Part shown: positions 1-11,801 of the stretch, piece after piece
How positions within the stretch are numbered: the stretch's first letter is position 1
How the letters are laid out: each line of letters starts with the position of its first letter
Assembly: GCF_009914755.1 (NCBI RefSeq)
Contig: NC_060947.1
Source: the human T2T-CHM13v2.0 reference genome, Homo sapiens
DNA: 64,000 nucleotides
Direction: 5' to 3' (one strand)
Program-made: the position numbers and the translations under genes
The notes under the pieces: model-generated
Databases searched by the model: none
What the model saw: the letters and a program-made list of their open reading frames with translations, nothing else
What the model was told of the DNA's origin: nothing

Positions 1-45
1 CTGGGTGACAGAGCAAGACCCTGTCTGAAAAAAAAAAAAAAAAAA
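1..45 (+). mobile_element. 3' end and A-tail of an Alu (cut by window edge)
   Basis: CTGGGTGACAGAGCAAGACCCTGTCT followed by poly(A). Confidence 0.9.
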
Positions 46-240
46 ATAGACACGAGGGCCTACTTGAGGGTGGAAGATGAGAGGAGAGAGAGGATTGAAA
101 AACTACCTATCAGATAGTATGTTTATTATCTGGGCAATGAAGTAATTTTGTATACCAACCCCCCATGACACGCAATTTACCTATATAACAAACTTGCACT
201 TGTACCCCTGAACCTAAACTAAAAGTAAAAAAAAGAAAAG
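46..240 (+). mobile_element. L1 3' end (old L1PA/L1PB type)
   Basis: L1 3'UTR signature ...ACCTATATAACAAACTTGCACTTGTACCCCTGAACCTAAA plus A-rich tail. Confidence 0.85.
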
Positions 241-269
241 AAATCACGCCTGAAAAAGGGGGCTGCTTT

Positions 270-494
270 GGGGAGTGGGTTCACTCTTCCACTCTCTGCC
301 ATATGAAGACAGACTTCCTCTCTTGCCTTTCCACCTTCCATCGTGTGATGACACACTAAGAAGGCCCACACAAGATGCCAACACCTTGATCTTGGACTTC
401 CCAGCCTCCAGAACTGTAAGAAATAAATTTTTGCTCTTTATAAACTACCCAGCCTGTGGTATCCTGTTATAGGAGCACCAAACAGACTAAAACA
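270..494 (+). mobile_element. MaLR LTR fragment (MST/MLT1A-like)
   Basis: ACCTTGATCTTGGACTTCCCAGCCTCCAGAACTGTAAGAAATAAATTT...ACAGACTAAAACA, a typical MaLR LTR 3' half. Confidence 0.85.
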
Positions 495-654
495 CCAGCC
501 TTAAAATATATTTGTCATTCATTTATCCATCCTACTCAGGTTTTTTAATAAGGAATTTTTTGATATCTAGTGCATTATATTGCCAAAACTAAAACCAAAA
601 TCAAGTCAAATAAGAAATTAAAATGTCTCTACTAATGACCCATCTGCTTTCTGA

Positions 655-1318
<664 letters not shown>

Positions 1319-1693
1319 TATTCATATGCAATATTATCAATAATATGTCATTAATATTAATATTAATTAATGTGCAATATATTCTAACCTGAGAGGTCAA
1401 ACGGTACAACTTAGCACTATAGCACTGCGTATATTACTGTCCTATTATTCCATGTTTTTCCAAATTCACTTCACAATCATTTTGTTTCTTAACTCACCTC
1501 GCATAGCATGAGGCACAGAGCAGGGACTCAATAATATTCATGTGCTGTGACCAAAGGGAAAATGTCAGTTCCATGCTTTTAGAAAATTTGGTCAAAAGAC
1601 TCAGTGTGTGTACATTGACAGAGACAACTCGGTCAGTGGGCATAGGAGTGTGAGAACATTCAGATTAGTTGTTTGATTAAAACTAAATCTGCT

Positions 1694-2008
<315 letters not shown>

Positions 2009-3327
2009 TCATATCCTATAGTGAGCTTTAAACTACCAATTTTAATAATTTAATGATTCTAAAATTGCAAATTAATAAATTATGTTCGATCCACTTGAGA
2101 AACTGATTTGGCTGGCTTTTAGACTTTAATCAAATTTTAAATAGCATTCCAAAGTGTTAGAAATATTTCTTCTCTTTTTTGCAAAGACAAATTGGCTGAT
2201 GAAAATCAGTGGCTTTAGGTCACTCAGGAGCAATTAATCAACAGATATTTGAATAAACGTCATTAAATGACAATACATAAAATGTGATTAAGACATAATG
2301 ATTATCAGTAATCATAAGAGTGGATAAATGGTTTTAAAATGTCAATTTATGACATTCAGTTATATTGTAAGAACAATCCTTTGATGCATTTTCTGTTTGT
2401 ATCTATATTTATACTGGCAATATAAATTTGACATTAGATAATTCCTGAAATATCTTAATATTTAAACAGACAATTATGCTTATCAATGTTTTCATTTAAA
2501 CTAAATCACACTTTTTGAAACATTGCTGAATATGTGATTATACTTCTCTTTTAACTTTTGTTTATAAAATAGAGGGCGTTATTCCTTAGCATTAGACTTG
2601 AAGTACTTGTGTTAGTCTCAAGTATTTCCAATAGTTCTCATCGTTTTAAAAAGTTACCTTCTCAGTACTGATCTTGCAAATGTTAGCAGGTTTTTGAGGC
2701 ATTTGAGTTGCAAGGACTTACATCTTAGTATAAATTCATCATGGCTAAATTCTTCATTCTTCCTCAAGTGTCCACACAATATCCAACATCCTGATGTAAA
2801 GTAAAAACGTTAATCATCACTCAATCAGTTTCATGTATCTACATGTTTGGCGCCACAGACAAAACGTGATTACCAGAAGTTTTCCTTCTCCCTTTGACCC
2901 GATGCTCCAGTGTCACACTAATACAGCAAAGGAGGAAGATAGTGTTATGGGAGAGGAGAAAAATGAAGCTAGTCTTATTTGTTGAGACATCTTGCAGTTA
3001 CGTGAGCACCAAAGAAAAGGAGACATCCAAAATCATGCACAATTCTATCACCAAAGGAAGAATTCAAGGTGGTATTTCCTTCTCAGTGTCCCATGACTGA
3101 CTTACTCACACATCTCTCTTATCCCAGGCCACCACCATGCTCTGATAAATTGTCTGCATTGGGTTGTGGCTTTTCTCTTGTTTTGAGCCTGTTTTTCTAT
3201 GACCGTGTTTGAAACGAGCTCTAGAATCCCATCAGCAAGTCTAGTTTGGATGAGATCTATCCTAGCTGTCCTTCCAAAAGTTGAAATTCATGAGCATCCC
3301 TAGATCTGTGTGCATCTGATTCGTATT

Positions 3328-3373
3328 TTAGGTTGGTGCAAAATTAATTGTGGTTTTTGCCATTACTTTTAAT
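3328..3373. mobile_element. Half MADE1 (single Hsmar1-type TIR)
   Basis: TTAGGTTGGTGCAAAATTAATTGTGGTTTTTGCCATTACTTTTAAT matches the left half of the 80-bp MADE1 palindrome; second arm absent. Confidence 0.9.
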
Positions 3374-3734
3374 AGGGTTTAGAAATCATTTAAGATCCTT
3401 TAAACCCTTTGCTCTGGGACCAAGGTAGACTCAGGATCTGACTAACAAAGTTGTTCTAGATTTCTGCTTTCCTAGGCAGCTGCTCAAAAAAATTAACAAG
3501 GGTCAATCTCTTTGCCTGAGAGTCAACAGGACCTACGGTGGAATCAGCGAAACAGGGTTAAATGGAAAGGGCACAGAGCCCCAACCTCACACACAGGTAC
3601 CTGTTCTGACTCACCCAGTACTCAGTGCGTAGTTCACGGCAACATGAGTGCCTGCTCATAGCTGTAAAAATAAGAGAGAACATGGGTAAACAGCTGATCG
3701 ATATCAGGTTCCTTAGATATAAAACATGAACCAC

Positions 3735-3812
3735 AATAATAATTCCTACTTCATGGGGATGACCTGAGGCTTGAATTAGAGTATTTATTTGAGCATCATA
3801 CTTAGAAGTGTC
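3735..3812 (+). mobile_element. MIR fragment
   Basis: ATAATAATTCCTACTTCATGGGGATGACCTGAGG resembles the MIR core. Confidence 0.55.
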
Positions 3813-3818
3813 AACCAC

Positions 3819-4292
3819 TGTGAAGGGTCTGAGATTTTAGCAAACAAGTTAGCTTGCCACAGATTCAGGGATGCTGGCAGAAGACACGAAATTCCTGGGT
3901 CAGAGACAAATGACTCTACTACTCACAGCAATATCAGCGGCCAGAGTATCATCAATTAAGCCTATTCCTCAATCTCCAATTTCAAGAGGCAATGCAAAGG
4001 CCATGTGACCCCTGCACACACAGTGCATTACATTACAGGAGAGAGAAACTGAGTATATTATAATAGGCAGTACACCTGCCTGATCTTTGCCCTGGAGAGA
4101 GACATTATCTCTACAATACTGCAGAGTAAGCAAACAAATCTGCTGCATGCTCTAGACAGAGACACTATCTCATCTTCCAAACTGTAATGGACATAAACAC
4201 CAAGATAGTCTGGAATAAAATGGCATTTTGTGCCACATTTGCAGGACATGCTGAAACACAGAAAACCTTTGGAGAGTTATTAATATTTCCCA
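3819..4292 (-). mobile_element. Solo LTR (LTR47-like)
   Basis: Minus strand reads ...GGAAGATGAGATAGTGTCTC...TTTGTCTCTGACCCAGGAATTTCGTGTCTTCTGCCAGCATCC...AAAATCTCAGACCCTTCACA; family name from memory. Confidence 0.65.
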
Positions 4293-4399
4293 ATAAGAAG
4301 TCAGTAGATCTCCACTCATTTTCCTTTCCTTGCTCTTGCCATTTCTCTTGCCTGGAGTTTTCTCCTTGTCCCCTTCACAGATCCAAAGTCTTTACTTCA

Positions 4400-5541
4400 G
4401 TCTTCCTCAGGCTTTCACCATGGCAGGACAAGAGGATCTGGTGCAGCAGGAGATTCAGTAGGACTGGGCGAACTGGGAGTACATTGAGATAATCACCAGC
4501 AGCATCAAGAAAACTGCAGACTTTCTCAACTCGTTCAATATGTCTTATTCAAGATTTGCAACACTAAGGGAGAAATTGACAGCCCTTGAACAGAGAATAG
4601 AGTACATTGAAGCATGGGTGACAAAAGGTGAGATGCTTACCTAGAACAGTGCCATGCTGCTGCTGGGAAGTTGCTTTACAGAACACAGGCCACGTGAGAA
4701 AGGCCCCAGCAGCCTTCTGTTCCTTCCTTTCTCCTTAAAGAGCAACAGGGCTTATTCTTGTTTTTCCTTTTCAAAAGTGTGGCCTTTGGGTTCTTCCATG
4801 TACATCTGAGGGTGTGATGTGGTATATGAGGAAAAGTCTAGAGGAACTCTTGGAAACAACATTAGGTATTTTACCTTTCCAGTAACATTTTGTAGAATTA
4901 CTTGTCAATGTATTTGAGACATTCACAGCCAAAAGCCTGGGATTCTTTGTGAAGGTCCTCCCCACCCCTATCCTTCTTTCTCTCTCAGACTTTCCTTAAA
5001 GTTCTCATTGCCTCTGCACTGCTTCTGTGAACAGTCTTTGTCTCCTCCCCACCTTTGGTGGGAAGTGTGAGGCAGTCCTGGCCAAGACACTCATGCTCTG
5101 GCAATGTGGCTACCAGAGAATGCTGTTGCTAATCCGCCGGTTTCCTGTTGATTTGGGGAGGTCGAGGCCAGGCTCCCACTTGGCTTAAAGGGACATTTTC
5201 AGACATTTCTTTCTGTCACTTGGGGTGTCTATGCCTCTCAAATTTCCCTAATAAACTCCTCAACTTGATCTGACTGCTGTGATTATGGTAGGGACAGGAC
5301 CTAGAGATGGGTTCACTTATTCCACAGTAATGTAATGTATGGGATTATTATTCCAACAAAACTTTCAGATGTAGCTGTTTGATTCAAAGCCTAAGTGGCT
5401 TACCAGCCCAAGCCCCCATGTTTGGACTTTCAGCTGATTAGTTTATCCTAGGAATCATTTGGTCATTCAGCACATTTATCAAGTACTTACCATGTAGGCA
5501 TGTTATACTCCAATAAAAGATACATCATTGAATCAGAGAAA
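4400..5541 (+). pseudogene. BRK1: Processed pseudogene of BRK1 (BRICK1/HSPC300, WAVE complex subunit)
   Basis: 4420-4644 translates [73 protein letters not shown], colinear with the 75-aa BRK1; intronless; TAG at codon 14 (4459-4461); one-codon deletion; about 0.9 kb 3'UTR; AATAAA 5512-5517; short A remnant; TSD AAAGTCTTT(A/G)CTTCA at 4385-4399 and 5542-5556. Confidence 0.96.
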
Positions 5542-5743
5542 AAAGTCTTTGCTTCATTCAAAGCACAAATCCAATGTCCATTCCTTGAGGAGCCTTTGCA
5601 AACACTGCAGTCATTATAAATCCCTTCGCAGAGTTCCTACTTCCATTTGTAGTCTGTCTCATTAAAACAAGTCATTTTTTGACTTGTTCAATGCTTCTCC
5701 TACTTTTTAAAAACTTTAAATTGAGGGACTTATTGTAAGGAGT

Positions 5744-6128
5744 TGTAGTAGATGCTAGTTGTGTCCCATCTATAGCCCCTTAGCCTCATGAGTGGCCAGC
5801 TCATTACCTGAGGGCTCTATCTAGTGACTCGAATGTGCACCTGCAGGCCTGAAGAGCTAGGGAATTAAGCTCCACCCCCCAGCAGCCCTCAACCAGTGGC
5901 AGATGGAAGCTGGTGTATCAATGCCCCAGCTCCTTTGTTCCTTGGGTACGTGCATGCTCCTGACTCCTAGAGTTCCCGTGGGGCATTAAGCTCCATTTAT
6001 CCTCAGTGGAACCTGGCTTGATGACAGACCCTTTGGTGGGTGCCCTCCCTTTCCTGTCTTGTTTTCCCCCTCCCCACCCAGTGTTTTCTGAGAAGACCAG
6101 CTCCCCAAAAATCTAGTTGCACTAAATC
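5744..6128 (+). mobile_element. ERVL LTR (LTR16-like)
   Basis: TGTAGTAGATGC start, GCAGCCCTCAACCAGTG, TGCCCCAGCTCC, CATTAAGCTCCA..AGTGGAACCTGGCTTGATGAC motifs. Confidence 0.75.
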
Positions 6129-8929
6129 ATACAGCTTTTACTCGCAATTACTGTCATATCAATTATGAGGCATCAAGTCCAATTCCATCATAAATATTTG
6201 AAAATCATCCTTATGTTCCCAAAGAATAAAATAATCATGATATTACAGTTATAATATCACTGAAATAACGTTTGGAGCTAAATGAATCTATGTGTGAAGG
6301 CAACAAAAATATCAGCAGCCAGAGATGCATTTGGCCCCAGAATGTGTCTGAAATGCTGCTTGGCATCTGAGAATGACTTAGAAGTGCCTTTCCAGCAGTC
6401 CAGCGTGGGATGAGATGTAACTAGAGGGGCTTTGAGAATACACAGAGGACACTCAAGTGCTACAGGGAAAGTGGCAAAGGTCAACTGCTTCTTTTTCGAG
6501 GACTTTACTTGCTCCCGCTCCATCCTGATATACACCCTGAGTTTTTGACGACATGACATTCTGATGGGGAACTGCCCCTAGCCCTATCATTGTGGCATGA
6601 TTTGTGGCTTTTTTCTCCCTGGTAGTCAAAAGTGGATAGCTGGCTTCTTGAGTCACGAGTTGTGCTGTCATCCATGCTTGTAGTAGGAGTAACAGGGGCA
6701 TGTTAACTGGTGTGCATAGATCCCCCTTGAGGTGTGAGAGGAGTCACGGTCCTGGGGGGATTTAGGATGGGGCCCCTTTCCTGAGGAGATCAGCGCAACC
6801 CCAAAAGGAAACACAGCATCAAACATTTTAAAGGCACGATGACAAGGCAACAAAAACACCTGCCACCAGGATTCTGCGCAGGATCCTGTCATGCTTCCCC
6901 ATCATGTCTGGATTGACACCAGGTCGCAAGACTGTTTCTATCATCAAATACAACGTAGAATCCATTCACTGAACAGGTCATGGAAGATAGCCCATGGATT
7001 CTTTCCCCACCATTGCCCTGAAACTCACAGGAATGCATGCCACCTGGCCACTGCAACCCGTCAAGAACGGGTTACAGGAGGGGGCCTTGGCAGAGAAGGC
7101 AACTGTTTCGCTCTGCTCTCTTACTAAATGCACTAAAGCCACTCTTGCTATAATTAGTCCCCAAAGAGAAACTAAAGTAATGGGAAAGTGGAAGCTTCCT
7201 TGCTAAGACCCTAGGGATCTCTACTGAACTCCAGTGTTACTGAACTCTAGAAAGGATACGACTCACCTTGCTCTTTCAAAGGCAATCGTGTCTGACATAT
7301 CATCTAGGAATTGTTTCTTTGATGTCTCATGTGTCCTTTACCCTGTTGCATCTGCAAAATGCATGCACACACTTTATCCAGGAAAAGACAGTTTTGAGGG
7401 ATTTTTTTTTATCCTAGAAGTATTGACCTTTTTCAAGTTCACTTACAAAAATTAAGCAACTTAGTGTCAGATTATCTAGAAAGACATAGAAAGCAGAAGG
7501 AAAATAAATCAGTGGACCTAAAATACTATTACTATTACAGTAAGGAATGTGAAACTTTAAAATAGGTAAATTCAAATGTGACCCATAAATCAGGGTCCTC
7601 AGTGTACAAAACCAAAACCCTTCACACTGTGGATACTGGTCCAGGACAGGCGCACTCAAAGAGATTTGGGAAGAGTGAAGATGCCTAGGATGTAGGAAAG
7701 CTACAAAGAAAGAGACCATTCTGGGCATGAAGCTAGCTGGAGAAAATGATCACTGCATTTAACAGAATGTGGGTGTACTCTGCAAATAGGTACTATATTA
7801 AGGAATTTCATAGGTAAAAGGTAATTAAATATCAGCTTGAGTCTTATATCTGAGCTCAATCAAGAGGGAAAAAAGGTTCCACAATCTCAGAACAGGATTC
7901 TCCTGAGTGGGAAACACACCCCCTCTGAAGGAAAAATGTTCCCTGCTGCCAGCACCACCCCCGGGTAGCAGAACTATCTGAGTTTGAGGTCTGGAAGTCC
8001 TCATCTCCAGCAGAGAGCCACTATACGATGGCCCTGCCCTGGCCCTCAGGCCTCCTAGGTGCGCGGGAGTCTGTGGGAGAGGATGGTTGGGGAGAGCCTG
8101 GTGGGCCCCATGCAAACCACTCAAAGTCTCCTGGGTGCCAGGAAGAAAGCTTTCTCTCAGCTCCGTCCTGTACGTGGTAATGTTAACAGCCGCTATCATG
8201 CTTTCAGGGTAGCCCAATTCATGCATGTACCCAACCCACCCCCATTTTTCTCCTTCACTCTAAAACTGGCACTGATGAGCTACTATTTGACTTAGTGGTG
8301 TAGCAGAGTTCCCAGCCAACTGCTTCAACCATCCCATCCACTTGGGTCTCTGTGGTTGCTGCTGGCTGATGTTCCCCAAGGCTATTTCTTCTTCTTTCTG
8401 GGGCCACAGGTGGACTATGTTTCCTAGCCTCTCTTGCAGTCTCTTGTGGCTACGTCAAAAGAACAATAGTACAAGAGAAAGGTCAGTGTGGAAGAGAAAG
8501 TACCAGTGGATGGTTAAATGTTTGCTATTCTGAGCTTTACTGGAACCACAAGGAAAGAGTGTTCTTTGGATGAAAATTCTAGGAGACACAAGAGGGCTAA
8601 GCTTCACACAAGCTCACGTCTAATTCCAGTCCTGCCCCTGGCCACTCAAAGGACATTGGGCATGTCATGCTTTCTCATCAGAAACATGAGGGAATTACAT
8701 TGGATGGGCTCCAAGTTTTATCCCAACATCAAAATGCCATGATGTGTCTGTGGCTTGGTTATTCCTCCTAGCCACTAGCACACGGTTGCTATTTACTCTC
8801 CTGATGATTCAACTTCAATTTGATTTTGCAGTACACTTTCACACTTCCACATCTTTTCCAAGGTGCTTCTGTATACATTGCCTTACATCCCATCCAACAG
8901 CTCTGTAAAATAAGAAACAGAGGAGGCTG

Positions 8930-9040
8930 GCACACCATTTAGAGATGGGGAAGCTGATGTGGCAAAATCACCAGCCTATCCAGAATTATCAAATACTAGA
9001 GGCAGAGCTGCAGTCAGAACTCCATTCTCCTGACTACTGG
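8930..9040 (-). mobile_element. MIR fragment
   Basis: CCATTTAGAGATGGGGAAGCTGA...GGCAGAGCTG..CAGAACTCCATTCTCCTGACT. Confidence 0.6.
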
Positions 9041-9559
9041 TTTTCTTCTCATTCTTGTTCACTATGTCACATTCAGTTCCTGCAAAAAAATTGGTCACTA
9101 ATGTTGCTTTATTAAATTAGTTCTTAAGCATTAATAATCGGGGGCATTGCAATTTATTCTATTCTCACTGTAAACATGTAAAATGATGCAAATGAAAAAA
9201 AAGACAGACTCCCAAAAATATGTTCCTAAAAACTTTTTGAGGAACATAATTTTCATCATTGAGGCAAAGCTGCATTGACACGTATTATTCATAGAAGAGC
9301 TGGAGATGATGAGAGGTTGGGGTTCACATTAAACATATGTGTAATATAGGTTCCAACCCAAAGTGCCTTTTTTTTCTGCAAAAGAACTCAGGTCTTCATT
9401 TGGGAACATCAAAATACACATATGTGAGTCATCTCTCACATATTTCCAATCCAATGGGCACGTTATTGGGTTATGCAAGGCATGCAGTACGTTTCTATGG
9501 TAAATTGCAAACCAAGAACTTTGACTGATGTCTTCTTTTTAACCAGTTATTAAGAAAAT

Positions 9560-10200
9560 TTCTCTGTGCACCCATTAGGAAAGCTATAATAAAAAAGACA
9601 GTAATAAACGTTGGTGAGGATGTGGAGAAATTGGGACCCTAATAGATTGCTGCTGGTGGGAATGTAAAATGGTGCAGCTGCTTTGGAAAAAGTCTGGCAG
9701 TTCCTCAAAAAGTTAAACACATAGTTACCATGGAACCCAAGTATGCCACTCCTAGGTATACACCCAGGAGAAATGAAAGCATATGTCCCCACAAAAACCT
9801 GTATACAAATGTTCATAGCAGCATTATTCATAATAGCCAAGAAGTGGAAACAGCCCAAATGTCCATGAACTGATGAATGAATAAACAAAATATGGTCTAG
9901 CATACAGTAGAATATTATTTGTTAATAAAAAGAAGTGACATTCTGATCCATGCCACAACCTGGGTGAACCTTGAAAACATGATGCTCAGTGAAAGAACCA
10001 GACACAGAAGACCACATATTGCATGATTCCATTTCAAGGAGAGGCCCAGAATAAGTAAATTCAGAGACAGAAAATAGATTAGTTGGGTTGGGAGAAGGGA
10101 GTAATGAGGGGTCATGGCTAATGAGTATGAGGTTTCTTTTTGGGGTGAGGAAGATATTCTGGAATTAGATTATTATAATGGTCGTGCATCTCTGTAAATA
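9560..10200 (+). mobile_element. L1MB 3' fragment
   Basis: ORF2-end/3'UTR motifs: GTTGGTGAGGATGTGGAGAAATTGG, GGGAATGTAAAATGGTGCAGC, TTCATAGCAGCATTATTCATAATAGCC, AACCTTGAAAACAT. Confidence 0.9.
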
Positions 10201-10402
10201 ATGAATGTCAAATGCTTAGCACAATACCTAGCACATGCTTGGCATTATAAGGGATAATACAATAGTAACTTTATTACAACCATAATATAGTAATAATATT
10301 ATTTTTAAAATTTTATTATAGTTACAGCTGTGAATAATCTCATGACCTCCAAGCATGAACAAAACCTCTTTTCCTGGTTTCCTTTCACTCAAATCAACCA
10401 AG

Positions 10403-10740
10403 TAGGGCCCATAGTTTCCATAGGCCAAATGTGACCCCATGCCTGTTTTTATAGATGCAGTTTTATTGGCACTCATTCATGCCTACTGGCTACTACTGCT
10501 TATGGCTGCTCCAGTGCCACAAAGGCATCACTGGATAGTTTCAACAAAGACAAATGCTTGAGGTGATGGATATCCTATAACTCTGATATGATTATGACAC
10601 TGTGTATACTTGTATCAAAATATCACATGAACCTCAAGAATATATACAATTCATATTTATCCATAATAATTAAATATAAAATATTTGTAAGCCTAAATAC
10701 TATCTGAACCTATGCAGAGTCATTTTGCTGATCACTCTGT
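10403..10740. mobile_element. MER58A-like MITE interrupted by an L1MA 3' end (about 10550-10682)
   Basis: GGCCAAAT..ATGCCTGTTTTTATAGATGCAGTTTTATTGGCAC...GCCTAAATACTATCTG flanks; insert TGAGGTGATGGATATCC...TATCAAAATATCACATG is an L1MA terminus. Confidence 0.7.
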
Positions 10741-11299
10741 TCTGTGATATTCAGAATATTGTCATTTTTATCCTGAGAGAGCACATATTACAATCCTTCG
10801 AGAGAAGCCAAGAAACAAACACATTAGCTGAGACAGGGTGCAGCGAGCACTCCCTGGGACTCGCAGGGCTGGGCTTTGCTCCTTCTCCTCTGTGCCCCTG
10901 CCCTTCCCCAGACACCATTGACACATATGTGCCCACTAGGCCTGATAAAAGCACAGGTCAATCAAGGAAACCTCCGTGTAGGCTAACAGCGCTATTGAGG
11001 CTTTACTCTCCTAACTCATGTGGACAGTTAGGGTTTAAGAAAACAATATTGTTGGGGGAATATGATCTGTCCTAGAATGCTAGCCATGGCTATTTGATGT
11101 CAACCCGCATTCCAACTCCTACTGCTCCAAAAACGAAGTCAGTGTTCCATCAGTCCACATGAGTCTTTGCCCATCGCCCCCAGCACCCGTGTCAGAAGCT
11201 GTTTTCAAAAGTGATTTTCATGTGTCCCATGTCAGGGTTGTCACCTACCACCACAGAATATGTTTCACTCTACTAACATACCGTGGGAATTGACGCCTG

Positions 11300-11801
11300 T
11301 GTTTTTTAAGTTGATTAGGGTTTTTTTCTTTCTTTCTTTCTTTCCTTCCTTCTTTCTTCGAAGAAGAAGGAGGACGACAAAAGAAAGAAAAAAGAAGAGA
11401 AAAGGAACAGTGAGAAGGGAGGGAAGCAGGAATGGAGAAAGGAGAGAATCAGCAAGATTATTTCTTCACACGTCTGTCGCCCACTCCCTCATGGGGCTCC
11501 CACCGCCTGTCCAGTGAGCTGTGTGCCACACTGCGTGGAAGAGAGGGGCATCGAGACAACTGCATGTAAACTTTCTTAAAGGAAAGAAACGCAGGCGCAG
11601 AGGAAGAGAAGCTTTTTTGCCTTTTCCAAAGAACCAGACAATAAATCCAGATCGGCACATCAAAATCAAAGATGACTGCAGCTTCAAAGCTTCCCGGGAA
11701 GATCAAAGGCGAAGCGTGAAGAAGGCAGGCAGGATCTCTGAGGATAGGAGGAGGCCTTCTCGGCCCTTGTGGAGCTCTGTTTCAACAAACCAGAATCTCC
11801 C
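11300..11801 (+). promoter_or_regulatory. Candidate promoter / non-coding first exon ending at a 5' splice donor
   Basis: Non-repeat, locally CpG-retaining, purine-rich leader, ends CCC|GTAAGT at 11801/11802; 5' boundary unknown. Confidence 0.5.

Noticed and set aside
3328-3373. miR-548-family hairpin
   Set aside because: Only one MADE1 arm is present, so no hairpin can form
4187-4492. 101-aa ORF overlapping the pseudogene start as a chimeric gene
   Set aside because: Begins in antisense LTR sequence and reads the BRK1 copy out of frame; no supporting features
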